DNA from: Planctomycetota bacterium
Lineage (GTDB): Bacteria > Planctomycetota > PLA2 > JAEUHO01
Length of the DNA: 64,000 nucleotides
Reading direction: 5' to 3'
NCBI GenBank assembly: GCA_050248855.1
Contig: JBFWRP010000002.1
Coordinates: forward strand, 192,001 to 256,000
The notes below the pieces were generated by a model that saw nothing but the letters and a program-made list of their open reading frames with translations, was not told the origin of the DNA and did not search any database. The position numbers and the translations under genes were made by a program. Shown here one piece after another: positions 37,246 to 46,871 of the stretch (within the stretch, counting starts at the first letter, position 1; every line of letters begins with the position of its first letter).

Positions 37246-39021
37246 CTACCAGGCGCCGCCGCCGCCGCCGCCGAACCCCCCGCCCGAGAAGCCACCACCG
37301 CCGAAGCCGCTACCGCCGCTCCAGGTGCCACTGCCCCAGCTGCTGCCCCAGCCGCCGGGCGAGGACTTGCTCGTGGAGACGCGGGAGGGCGGCATGCTGC
37401 CGACGTGCACGCTGCGGTCCATCCAGCCGAGGCCGTCCCACCAGATCGGGGCTCCGGCGCCCTCCTGGTACCAGGCAGGCTTGTAGTGGAACAGCTCGTC
37501 CAGACGCTGCGCCCACCGCTCGTGCACGCCGAAGGCGACGGCGAAGGGCAGCAGGCCCTCGAGCACCTCAAGTGGCATGTGGCGCATGCGCTCGCGCTCG
37601 GCGGTCACGAGGTAGTCCTCGAGACCGCGCAAGCGAGCCAGCATGTCGAGTCCCTTCTTCGTCCGCCGCGGCATGAGGCGGCTCAACAGGAACATCGGCA
37701 CGGCCGCGAGGGCCATGGCCACGTAGTGGATGGGGCGCGCCTCGGTCAGGAAGCCCAACACGCCGAGGCCCACGAGCACGAAGAAGGCCAGCGTCATCCA
37801 CCCACCGGCCACGTGATCGGGACGACGCGGGTAGAGACCCTTGCCGACCAAACGGTCGAGCACGCGGCTCCGGAGATTCGGCACGCGCTTGGGCAGGTCG
37901 CGCTCGAGCTCCTTCATGGTGATCGTGTCCTCGGTGCCGAACACTTCCTGCAGCAGGTCCCGCTCCCACTTGATGAGGTTCGCGCTCTCGAACGCCTGGC
38001 GGTCCAGATGGAAGCTCATGGCCTCGCGCTTCGCGGCGCCGTCCAGCTTGATGAGGCCGCGCACGGCGAAGTCCACGAACGCGGCACTCAAGTCGCGGGG
38101 GTCGACGCGGTCGTCGAGCAGCGCGCCCGCCTCCGTGGGGGGGAGGTCTTCGGGCCGGGCGAACTCGGCCACGATGGCGCGGTTCAGCGGGTCCCGACCC
38201 CGGAACCACCACAGCAAGAACCAGACGAGCGCCGCGGCGCCGACCAACAGCACGGTCCAGTTGGCCCGGAGCAGCCACAGGGCGCGCGCGAAGGATCCCG
38301 GCAGATGCACGTGGCCCGGGGGGAACGCCACGCTGATCGTGAGGCCCTCGTTGGGCAGGAGGCGGCGCGTGGTGCGGAAGACGATGGCGCCGTCGTCCTC
38401 GGTGGTAGTCGTGTAGTCCACGGAGCGACCGCCGTAGAGGCCCGTGAATGCACTCGGATGCAGGTCCTTCGCCGCCAGCGAGTCCGGCAGCCGGACCCTC
38501 ACCTCGGCGACGGCGATCGGTACCTCCCAGGCGTTGCCCGTGACGTTCCAGTAGACCTCGTCGTAGATGGCGAACTCGGCGTCCTTGGACGCGTGGCTGC
38601 GCACGGCGTTCTCCACCGTGTAGCGGAGCACGATCGTCTTGGTGGTGTTGAAGGCGCCGGGAATCGGGACGCGGAAGCGGAGCTTGCCGGCGCGTGAGTC
38701 CGTCGTGAAGTCGAGAGGTGCGCCACCGTTGTCGGTGATCGACTCGGCGTCGATGTCGATGAGGCCGCGGTACCACCAGGACGGGTTCACGCCGTAGGGG
38801 ATGATCCGGTAGACGCCTCCGAACTGGCCTTCGAAGCGGAACGTGATCCGTTCCGTGACGTGCATCGTGCCGTCTTCGTCCACGACGATCTCGGCGCTGA
38901 ACCGCTCCACGTCGTAGCGCCGGGCCCAGGCGTCGCGGGCCATGGCGCTGCCCAGGACGAGCAGCAGCGCGAACGAAGCGAGGATGCGCATCCCGGGCCT
39001 CCCCACGACCAGGTGGCGCAT
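37246..39021 (-). CDS. DUF2207 family membrane protein
   Basis: DGTMHVTERIT, YWNVTGNAW, LLPFAVAFGV, Gly-rich tail GGGFGGGGGGAW; coupled to lemA. Confidence 0.9.
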   Translation of the reverse strand: MRHLVVGRPGMRILASFALLLVLGSAMARDAWARRYDVERFSAEIVVDEDGTMHVTERITFRFEGQFGGVYRIIPYGVNPSWWYRGLIDIDAESITDNGGAPLDFTTDSRAGKLRFRVPIPGAFNTTKTIVLRYTVENAVRSHASKDAEFAIYDEVYWNVTGNAWEVPIAVAEVRVRLPDSLAAKDLHPSAFTGLYGGRSVDYTTTTEDDGAIVFRTTRRLLPNEGLTISVAFPPGHVHLPGSFARALWLLRANWTVLLVGAAALVWFLLWWFRGRDPLNRAIVAEFARPEDLPPTEAGALLDDRVDPRDLSAAFVDFAVRGLIKLDGAAKREAMSFHLDRQAFESANLIKWERDLLQEVFGTEDTITMKELERDLPKRVPNLRSRVLDRLVGKGLYPRRPDHVAGGWMTLAFFVLVGLGVLGFLTEARPIHYVAMALAAVPMFLLSRLMPRRTKKGLDMLARLRGLEDYLVTAERERMRHMPLEVLEGLLPFAVAFGVHERWAQRLDELFHYKPAWYQEGAGAPIWWDGLGWMDRSVHVGSMPPSRVSTSKSSPGGWGSSWGSGTWSGGSGFGGGGFSGGGFGGGGGGAW

Positions 39022-39599
39022 CACGCGCCGTCGGCGTCCGGGCGGTCGCCGAGGTCGATGTCGGGGACGACGCGTTCGCCCGCGCCGTCCAGCTGGAAGA
39101 AAGGCTCCTCGCGGTGTCCGAACCACGAGGCCACGAGCAGGGCCGGGAAGGTCGACTGCGCCGTGTTGTAGTCGCGCACCGTGCCGTTGTAGTAGCGCCG
39201 TGCGTACTGGAGGTCGTCCTCGATCTTCACGAGGTCCTGCTGCAGCGAGCGGAACGAGCGGTCGGCCTTGAGATCCGGGTACGACTCGGCGAGCAGCATG
39301 AGCTTGCGGACCGCGCCGCCGAGCGCCGTCTCGCGGGCCTCCTTGTCGGGGATCTGCGATGCGGCCTGCGCGTCCCGCCGGGCAGCGACCACGTCTTCGA
39401 GCGTCTGCTTCTCGTGCTGCGCGTAGCCCTTGACCGTGTCGACGAGGTTGGGCACCAGGTCGTGACGGCGCTTGAGCTGGACGTCCACGCCGGAGAACGA
39501 CTCCCGGACGCGGTTGCGCAGGCGCACGAGCCGGTTGAAGACGAGCAGGAGCCCCAGGAGGAGCACACCCGCGGCGATTCCGAGGACGATCGGCAGCAT
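39021..39599 (-). CDS. lemA: LemA family protein
   Basis: DVQLKRRHDLVPNLVDTVKGYAQHE, ESYPDLKA, ARRYYNG. Confidence 0.95.
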   Translation of the reverse strand: MLPIVLGIAAGVLLLGLLLVFNRLVRLRNRVRESFSGVDVQLKRRHDLVPNLVDTVKGYAQHEKQTLEDVVAARRDAQAASQIPDKEARETALGGAVRKLMLLAESYPDLKADRSFRSLQQDLVKIEDDLQYARRYYNGTVRDYNTAQSTFPALLVASWFGHREEPFFQLDGAGERVVPDIDLGDRPDADGA

Positions 39600-39655
39600 G
39601 GCGGCAGGGTACCCGGTCGGCACGCCCGAGGTCGCTCCTGACGTAGCCTGGGCGC

Positions 39656-40639
39656 ATGCGTGCCGTCCTGGTTTGCCGCTGCTTCTCGCTCGTCGTGCTC
39701 GCCTTCACGGCGGCCCTGCTGGAGGCGCCGATCGCACGCGCCGCGGAGGCGGGCGACCCCGTCGCAGCGGCCGAGGCGTTCCTGGCCGCGTTGGACGCCC
39801 CGCGTCGGAGCGTGGCGCACCTGCGGTTCGGTGCACCCGAGCGGTTCGCGTGGGAGTACCGGCCCGGGTACCGTGCGGGCCTGCCGCTCGGACGCATGAC
39901 GCCCGCGCAGCGCGCGGCCGCCGAAGCCCTGTGGCGGAGCGGCCTGGGCGCCGAGGGCATGCGTCGCATCGGTGCCGTGCTCTTGCGCGAGCGGATCCTG
40001 CAAGCTGGCGTGTCGGCTTCGGCTCGGCAGCGTGGATGGCGGGATCCGGGCCTCTACCACCTCGCCGTGTTCGGCACGCCCGGCGCCGAGGAGCGGTGGT
40101 CCTGGCGCCTTGACGGCCATCACCTGTCGGTGCATCTCACGTACGTGGGCTCGCAGCTGGTGGGCGCCTCGCCGGCGTTCCTGGGCGGCAACCCGGCCTC
40201 GACGCGCGAGGACGGCGGGCATGTCGCGCGCGCCACGCTTGGCGCCTGGCGCGCTTTGTACGCCTCGCTGGACGAACGCCAGCGCGCCGCCGTGTACGCG
40301 GGCGCGCGGATCCCCGGCGACATCGTGATGCAGCCGGGCGCACGTCGTGCGGGTCCGCCGGCCTCGGGCCTTGACGCCGCGGCGTTGGACGATCGCCAGC
40401 AGGCGCTGCTGCTGGCCCTGGTGGCCACCTATGCCGTGGGAGCGCGCGACGGCGAGCCCGGGCTTCCCCGCACGGCGGCCGAGCTGGTGGGCGTGCGCCT
40501 TCGCGTGCGCGGCGACCCGCAGGCCGTGCGCGCCCACCACCTCGAGATCGCCGGCCCCCGCTTCGCGGCCGAGCACCGCGATCCCGGCGACCACGTGCAC
40601 CTCCTCTGGCGCACCGAGCTCGACCATGGCGGGCGATGA
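39656..40639 (+). CDS. DUF3500-like exported protein
   Basis: AFLAALD, YHLAVFGTP, WSWRLDGHHLSVH, PAFLGGNP, HVHLLWR. Confidence 0.8.
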   Translation: MRAVLVCRCFSLVVLAFTAALLEAPIARAAEAGDPVAAAEAFLAALDAPRRSVAHLRFGAPERFAWEYRPGYRAGLPLGRMTPAQRAAAEALWRSGLGAEGMRRIGAVLLRERILQAGVSASARQRGWRDPGLYHLAVFGTPGAEERWSWRLDGHHLSVHLTYVGSQLVGASPAFLGGNPASTREDGGHVARATLGAWRALYASLDERQRAAVYAGARIPGDIVMQPGARRAGPPASGLDAAALDDRQQALLLALVATYAVGARDGEPGLPRTAAELVGVRLRVRGDPQAVRAHHLEIAGPRFAAEHRDPGDHVHLLWRTELDHGGR

Positions 40640-40804
40640 ATCCCCTGCGTGGCAAGGGATCTGCGATGGAGGGTGCCTGGGCTCCGCGCTCGAAGGGGAT
40701 AGCCACTCTTCCCTCGGAGGGCGTGCCGCAGGCCTCGAGACGCGGTACGGGCTTCGTCGCCGGCATGACGAACTGACACATCCGGGGTCGCGAGGCGCCC
40801 GTCG

Positions 40805-42346
40805 CTAGCCGAACGTGATGCCCTGGGCGAGCGGGAGCGAGGTGCCGTAGTTGACGGTGCAGGTCTGGCGGCGCATGTAGGCCTTCCAGGCGTCCGAGCC
40901 GGCTTCGCGACCGCCGCCCGTGTCCTTCTCGCCGCCGAAGGCGCCGCCGATCTCGGCCCCGGATGTGCCGATGTTGACGTTGGCGATCCCGCAGTCCGAG
41001 CCGACGGCCGACAGGAAGCGCTCGGCCGAGCGCATCCCGCCGGTGAACACGGCGCTCGAGAGCCCCTGGTCGACCTCGTTGTTCTTGGCGATCGCCTCGT
41101 CGAGATCGTCCACGACCTGCACGTAGAGCAGGGGCGCGAACGTCTCCTCCTTGACGATGTCGGCCGTGGGGCCGTCGGGCATGCGCACGATCGTCGGCGC
41201 CACGTAGAAGCCCGGCGTGTCCTTGTAGGCGTCGATGGCCTCGAGGCCGCCTGTCACCACCTCGCCGCCCGCGGCCACCGCGGCCTTCACCGCGTGGCGC
41301 ATGGCGTCCACGCTACGGCGATCGATCAAGGGCCCCATCAGCACGCCGTCGTCCATCGGGTTGCCCACGCGCACGTGGGCGTACGAGCGCTTCAACCGCG
41401 CGACCACCTCGTCGGCGATGTCGCGGTGCAGCAGCAGGCGGCGCGTCGTGGTGCAGCGTTGACCCGCCGTGCCGACGGCGCCGAAGAGCACCGCCCGCTC
41501 GACAAGATCCAGATCCGCATCGGGCATGACGATCAGCGCGTTGTTCCCGCCCAGCTCGAGCAGCGTGCGACCCAGACGCGCGGCCACGACCTGGCCCACG
41601 TGGCGGCCCATGCGGCACGAGCCCGTGGCACTGATCAGCGGCAGCCGGCGGTCGGCGATCATCGTCTCGCCGACGGTCTTGTCCGGGCCGATGACCAAGC
41701 AGAAGACGTCGGCCGGGTCCGCGTCCTCGGGCTGGAACACGTCCTGCTCGGCCATGACGCGACGACACAGGCCGTTCAGCGCGATCGCCGTGAGCGGAGC
41801 GACCGGGCTCGGCTTCCAGATCATCGAGTCGCCGCAGACGGCCGCAATCATCGAGTTCCAGGCCCACACGGCCATGGGGAAGTTGAAGGCCGTGATGATG
41901 CCGACCACGCCCAGCGGGTGCCACTGCTCGAACATGCGGTGGTCGGGGCGTTCGCTGTGCATGGAGAGGCCGTACAGCTGACGCGACAGCCCGACCGCGA
42001 AGTCGGCGATGTCGATGCACTCCACGACCTCGCCCACGCCCTCTTCGCGGATCTTGCCCATCTCCCGGGTGATGAGCTCACCCAGGTCGTCGACGTGCTC
42101 CCGGATGGCGTTGCCGATCCGGCGTACCACTTCGCCGCGCTTGGGCGCCGGCAGCTGGCGCCACGCGCGGAACGCGGCCTCCGCGCGGATCACGATCGCC
42201 TCGTACGCGGCCGCGTCGTCCAGGCGGAGGCCGGCGAGAGGCTTGCCCGTCGCCGGGTCCAGACTGTCGATGTCGCCTTGGCCCGGCAGTGTCACGCGCG
42301 GGTCGTCGGGAACCCGAAGGCGGGCGAGAAGAGGTTCGTACGGCAT
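40805..42346 (-). CDS. ALDH7-family aldehyde dehydrogenase (aminoadipate-semialdehyde/P6C dehydrogenase)
   Basis: AFNFPMAVWAWN, LELGGNN, GTAGQRCTT, GTSGAEIGGAFGGEK. Confidence 0.93.
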   Translation of the reverse strand: MPYEPLLARLRVPDDPRVTLPGQGDIDSLDPATGKPLAGLRLDDAAAYEAIVIRAEAAFRAWRQLPAPKRGEVVRRIGNAIREHVDDLGELITREMGKIREEGVGEVVECIDIADFAVGLSRQLYGLSMHSERPDHRMFEQWHPLGVVGIITAFNFPMAVWAWNSMIAAVCGDSMIWKPSPVAPLTAIALNGLCRRVMAEQDVFQPEDADPADVFCLVIGPDKTVGETMIADRRLPLISATGSCRMGRHVGQVVAARLGRTLLELGGNNALIVMPDADLDLVERAVLFGAVGTAGQRCTTTRRLLLHRDIADEVVARLKRSYAHVRVGNPMDDGVLMGPLIDRRSVDAMRHAVKAAVAAGGEVVTGGLEAIDAYKDTPGFYVAPTIVRMPDGPTADIVKEETFAPLLYVQVVDDLDEAIAKNNEVDQGLSSAVFTGGMRSAERFLSAVGSDCGIANVNIGTSGAEIGGAFGGEKDTGGGREAGSDAWKAYMRRQTCTVNYGTSLPLAQGITFG

Positions 42347-42453
42347 GCTCGCGAGGCTACCGCGCACGACGCAGCGAGGCGACGTGAGGTCGCGGCGAAG
42401 GGCGCAAGCCGCATTCCTCGCCAGACCTTCCGCGCCCGGGTAGGGAAGTCGCG

Positions 42454-43539
42454 ATGCACGACGTCCTGCTCGTCGGTGCTGGCCGCGTCGGCCGCACCGT
42501 GGTCCACATGCTGGGAGCCGAAGCGGGCTACCGCGTCCGCGTCGCGGATCGCGACCCGGCGCGCGCAGCCGCGGTGGCCGCCGAGACCGTACGCGCAGAG
42601 GCCTTCGGCGAGCCGGTCGATCAGCCTGCGGCGCTGAAGCGGGCGCTGGGCGGCATGCGGGCCGTGATCTCCGCGGCGCCCTTCACGGAGAACCGCACGA
42701 TCGCCGAGGCCGCCGCGGACGCCGGCGTCCATTACCTCGACCTCACGGAGGACGTCTCCGTCACGCGCTTCGTGAAGGAGCTGGCCGCGTCGGGCCGCGG
42801 CGCGGCGTTCGTGCCCCAGTGCGGCGTCGCGCCGGGGTTCATCACCCTGGTGGGCATGCACCTCGTGGAGCAGCTGGACCGCGTCGACACGCTGACGCTG
42901 CGCGTCGGCGCCTTGCCCGACCAGCCCAACAACCGCCTCAAGTACAACCTGACGTGGTCCACGGAGGGGCTCGTCAACGAGTACCTCCACCCGTGCGAGG
43001 CGCTGCGCGGCGGCAAGCTGGTGACGGTGCCGCCGCTCGAGGGCAAGGAAGAGATCATCGTGGACGGCGTCGCCTACGAGGCGTTCACGACGTCCGGGGG
43101 CGTGGGCACCCTTTGCCACACGCTCGAGGGCCGCGTGAAGCGCTTGGACTACAAGACCATGCGCTACCCGGATCACCTCGAGCTGATCCGCTTCCTGCTG
43201 GACGACCTGCGCTTCCGCGAGTCGCCCGAGGAGCTGGTGCGGATCTTCCAGCGCTCCATTCCCACGACGCGCGACGACGTCGTCCTGGTCTCGGCGCGCG
43301 CGCTGGGCTACGTGGGCGACCAGTTCGTGGAGCGCACGTGGTGGCGGCGGGTGGGCAGCCAGATGATCGGAACGCACGCGTTCACCGGCATCGAGCTGTC
43401 CACGGCAGCCGGTGTCGCAGGACCGCTGCACCTGCTGCTCGACGGGCACCTGCCGGCGAAGGGCTTGATCAAGCTCGAGTCGATCCCGTTGGCGGACTTC
43501 CTGGCCACGCCCTTCGGCCGCTGGATCGGCCGTGCCTGA
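42454..43539 (+). CDS. Saccharopine dehydrogenase family / lysine 6-dehydrogenase-like
   Basis: GAGRVG, HYLDLTEDV, PQCGVAPG, YNLTWSTEGLVNEY, YKTMRYP. Confidence 0.9.
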   Translation: MHDVLLVGAGRVGRTVVHMLGAEAGYRVRVADRDPARAAAVAAETVRAEAFGEPVDQPAALKRALGGMRAVISAAPFTENRTIAEAAADAGVHYLDLTEDVSVTRFVKELAASGRGAAFVPQCGVAPGFITLVGMHLVEQLDRVDTLTLRVGALPDQPNNRLKYNLTWSTEGLVNEYLHPCEALRGGKLVTVPPLEGKEEIIVDGVAYEAFTTSGGVGTLCHTLEGRVKRLDYKTMRYPDHLELIRFLLDDLRFRESPEELVRIFQRSIPTTRDDVVLVSARALGYVGDQFVERTWWRRVGSQMIGTHAFTGIELSTAAGVAGPLHLLLDGHLPAKGLIKLESIPLADFLATPFGRWIGRA

Positions 43540-44203
43540 ACACGGGCCCCTCGTGCTCCGGCTCGCGTTCCTCGGCGCGTGGCAGAGCCACCGCCGCGGC
43601 AGCTGGAACGAGGAGGTCGCGCCACACGCCGACCTCGTCTTGCCCAGCCGCTCGTTGGGTGCCGGCAAGCGCTGGCTGCGCCGCCGCGTCGAGGCCGCGT
43701 CGGCGGCTTCGGTCGAGGTCCGCTTGGTGGGCTACTCGTGGGGCGCGGTGACTGCCGGACACCTCGCGTCGGACCTCCTGGCCGACCGGGTGTTCGGGCC
43801 CGACCGCCCGAGCTCCCTGTTCGTGCGCTTGGGCCTGCTCGATCCGGTGGGGACGCTGCGCAAGTCGTTTGCGCTGCCGGCCGGCGACTCGCGGCTCCAC
43901 GCGTGGTGCGTCTTCCAGCGCAACGGCTGCTACCAGGGCTGTCCCGGACCCTCGGCGCTCTACCGCGGTCATCCGGTGCGAGGTGCGGACAACCGCGACG
44001 TCACGCATGCGGGCCTGGACGTACCGCCGGTGGATCACGTCCCCCCCGAGCGCGCGCCGGACCACTTGCAGCTGGGCTACCGGGCGTGGGGCGGGTTCGG
44101 CCGCCGCCTGGTCACCGTCCTTGGCGGCGAGGCGCCGTGGGCGCCTGACGAGGCGCTCGCCCCGGAAACGACACCGCCGAGGTCCGGCGGACCCCGGCGG
44201 TAG
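43532..44203 (+). CDS. Hypothetical protein, possible alpha/beta hydrolase
   Basis: LVGYSWG (GxSxG), LLDPV, late DH; overlaps the upstream stop. Confidence 0.55.
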   Translation: MPEHGPLVLRLAFLGAWQSHRRGSWNEEVAPHADLVLPSRSLGAGKRWLRRRVEAASAASVEVRLVGYSWGAVTAGHLASDLLADRVFGPDRPSSLFVRLGLLDPVGTLRKSFALPAGDSRLHAWCVFQRNGCYQGCPGPSALYRGHPVRGADNRDVTHAGLDVPPVDHVPPERAPDHLQLGYRAWGGFGRRLVTVLGGEAPWAPDEALAPETTPPRSGGPRR

Positions 44204-44253
44204 CCGTTCGCGTGCGGGAGCCCGGTCAGAGCCTGGGAAGAAATCCCAGCGTC

Positions 44254-45189
44254 TCAGTTGCTGACGGACGACAGCACGGCGTAGAGCGCTGCGGCCGGGT
44301 TCTCCCAGTTCGTGCCCTCGATGCGACCGACAAGCTGACCGCTCTTGTAGATGAGGCCTGCGGGCAGCTTGCCGATGGACCGCGCCTTGACCTCGGGGTC
44401 GTCGTAGTAGCCGGGATCTCCCCCCACGGGCGGCAGGCCGTAGAACCGGAGCGACACTTCGGTCGCCTTGGGGTTGGTCTTCTTCATCGCGGCCAGGTGC
44501 GTGTGCGCCGTGGCGATGATGCGCGGCAAGTAGCGCTCGCACTGCGTGCACCACGTGCCGAAGTACATGTCGACGCGCCACGCGCCGCCGACCGATGCCA
44601 GCTTGGCCAGCGACTCGGGGTCCGGGGTGTACATCATCACTTCGGCGTTGAAGCGCTTGTTGCTGTCCAACACCTCCTGCAGCGTCTTCCAACCGAGCAG
44701 CATCGGAGCGTCCTTGATGACGCCGCGAACGGGCTCGCTGCCCCCGGCCCGTACCAGGTCGAAGAGCAGCCACTGCATCTGCGGATCGATGCGCACCGGG
44801 CCCAGCTCGGTGAGGGCCGCGTCGAGCTTGAGATCGCGCGAGAGGTCGTCGTTGACGGTGATGTCCTCGGGGCGCACCTTGAGGACGCGCAGACCCATGC
44901 GCTTGACGATGAGCGCGCCGTAGCCGGGCACGTCCGTGACCAAGCACGAGTGGTGCGACTTGTTGCGCCCGACCTTCACGTAGCGGTCGTACACGCGCGC
45001 CCGCTCGACGGGCTCGCCGTCCAGCGTCAACAAGCGGCTGGACGGGTGGTAGGCGTTGTACTCCGGGTGCTTGTCCTGGGCCGAGGCCGAGCTGCCGGCG
45101 GCCACCCAGGCTCCGAGACCGGTCAGGAACGCCAAGGCCAGCAGGGACACGCGAGCGACGCGCGTCCTGATGGGGCGGGACGGGTTCAC
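44254..45189 (-). CDS. Exported thioredoxin-fold protein
   Basis: GGAGG before GTG 45189; signal peptide; YFGTWCTQC, KLPAGLIY, GRIEG. Confidence 0.8.
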   Translation of the reverse strand: MNPSRPIRTRVARVSLLALAFLTGLGAWVAAGSSASAQDKHPEYNAYHPSSRLLTLDGEPVERARVYDRYVKVGRNKSHHSCLVTDVPGYGALIVKRMGLRVLKVRPEDITVNDDLSRDLKLDAALTELGPVRIDPQMQWLLFDLVRAGGSEPVRGVIKDAPMLLGWKTLQEVLDSNKRFNAEVMMYTPDPESLAKLASVGGAWRVDMYFGTWCTQCERYLPRIIATAHTHLAAMKKTNPKATEVSLRFYGLPPVGGDPGYYDDPEVKARSIGKLPAGLIYKSGQLVGRIEGTNWENPAAALYAVLSSVSN

Positions 45190-45321
45190 GATCGATTCCT
45201 CCGGGGCGCGCCTCCCGGGAGCCGAGGCGTCCGGCCCCACCTTACCCGCCGGGGTGGGCCTTGCCCCCCCCGCGGCGCGCTGCAACCCGGCTCGCGAGCG
45301 CCTGCGCCGCGCAATCCGGGG

Positions 45322-46386
45322 TCACGGATCGATCCCCGGCAGCGTCGGGATGCCGGTCCACGTGGCCACGACCTTCCCGTCGTGGACCAGGAACGTGCGC
45401 GGCAAGCGGCGGTGCAGGATCGTGAGCAGCGGCTCGGGGATCGTGCGGATCTGGAACAGCGCGGGCGGGCGGTCGGCAGACGGATCACCAGCGGCCCACG
45501 GCGACTCGTTGTCGCCCTCGACGTGCGTCAGCACCCAGGGCTCGGGTGCTTGGAGCGGCGCGCCTCCAGCCGCCTCGCGTTCGTCGCTCTCGAGGTACCA
45601 AGCCTCCGCATACGCATTGAGGCGCGCGACGGCGGCGTCCATGGCGGGTTCTTCCAGACGCGAGAGGATGACGAGGTGGCGGCCCGTCGCAAGAGGAGGC
45701 ACGACGTTGCCCGGTCCGCCGAGGCACGCCATGTCCTCTCCGGACCCGACGCACAGCTCGGCCACGTCCACGCCGGGCGCCAGCTTCGTGGCGTAGTCGT
45801 CCAGCGCGTCGATGTCCGGCGCGAACCAGGCGAACACCGTGGCCGCGACGGCCAGGGCCAGCGCCGTCAGCGTGCGGCGGCGCGGGACGCGCGGCGGGCC
45901 CTTGGGTCGCCCGAGGAAGGCGAGGAGCGCAGGGAAGAGCAGCAGCCCCAGGTCCTGGAAGAAGGCCTCCTTCGGCGTCCGCGTGACGACCTTGCCGAAG
46001 CACCCGCAGCCGGTGAGCGGGTCGATCAGGCCGTGCTCGACCTTCCACCACTCGTTGGCCGTGATCGAGAGGAAGAGGGCGGTCAACAGGAGCGCGGGAA
46101 CCAGGACCCAGAGACGGCGCACGTTGAAGAGCAGGAGGGCGCCGATCAGCGTCTCCAGGAAGAGCGTGGCCAAGGCCATGAACCGTCCCGGGAGGCCGAA
46201 CGTGAGGTCGAGCTCCAGCCCGGGGACCACGATCCCGTTGGTCTCCATGTGCTCGGTGAAGCCGTCGGGATCCAGCGCCTTGCCGTAGACGCCAAACAAG
46301 AGGACGCCGCCCAGGACCAAGGCGGCCAGGACGCCGACCGCCACGGCCAGCCGCGAGGGCCGTTCGCTTGCCTCGTGCGTCGTCAC
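45322..46386 (-). CDS. MauE/DoxX family redox membrane protein
   Basis: KALDPDGF, ETLIGALLL, GCGCFG; extra C-terminal domain with two Cys. Confidence 0.8.
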   Translation of the reverse strand: MTTHEASERPSRLAVAVGVLAALVLGGVLLFGVYGKALDPDGFTEHMETNGIVVPGLELDLTFGLPGRFMALATLFLETLIGALLLFNVRRLWVLVPALLLTALFLSITANEWWKVEHGLIDPLTGCGCFGKVVTRTPKEAFFQDLGLLLFPALLAFLGRPKGPPRVPRRRTLTALALAVAATVFAWFAPDIDALDDYATKLAPGVDVAELCVGSGEDMACLGGPGNVVPPLATGRHLVILSRLEEPAMDAAVARLNAYAEAWYLESDEREAAGGAPLQAPEPWVLTHVEGDNESPWAAGDPSADRPPALFQIRTIPEPLLTILHRRLPRTFLVHDGKVVATWTGIPTLPGIDP

Positions 46387-46611
46387 GTGCGCGTCTCCCG
46401 GGGGCCCGCGAACGAGGCTACCCCTCCCTGCATCCGGTGCCCTGCGCGCCCCGCGCACGGGCGTCCGCGCGTGAGGATTCGCGAAAGGCCCCCGTCACGC
46501 GCTCGTCATGCGAGCGCGCGGCTCGGGCCTGCCCCGGCATGCGGCGGGTCCGTGAACGCTGGGGGGGTCGGTGGCGCAGGGTGGTTGCGCGAACCCGATA
46601 CGGAGCCAGGG

Positions 46612-46690
46612 ATTTGTTCCGCGATTCGCATCACGCCCAAGGAGCCGCCGGGGCGCCCTGCGGCGAGTCGCCGAACAATTCCCAGGCTCC
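46612..46690. repeat. 28-bp imperfect inverted repeat (MITE/REP-like hairpin)
   Basis: GGAGCCAGGGATTTGTTCCGCGATTCGC / GCGAGTCGCCGAACAATTCCCAGGCTCC. Confidence 0.82.
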
Positions 46691-46730
46691 ACCCCCGAGT
46701 TGCGCAGGGAGCCCTCTACCTCGCGCTTCC

Positions 46731-46860
46731 GACACGCATCGGGTCGTCAGGACGAAGGTAGCGCGCCAGCATCGGCGACGACTCGTGGTCTGTTCACTCG
46801 AGGAGCCGATGCTGGTGCGGGACCGAGTATCTGGCGAGCCGCCCGTTCGTACGCCAGGGT
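46731..46860 (+). repeat. Dispersed structured repeat, copy C
   Basis: Same 32-nt core; stem GCGCCAGCATCGGC / GCCGATGCTGGTGC. Confidence 0.92.
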
Positions 46861-46871
46861 GCTACCGCACC

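Noticed and set aside
12355..46860. Dispersed repeat read as a CRISPR array
   Set aside because: Copies are kilobases apart, with no repeat-spacer periodicity and no cas genes.
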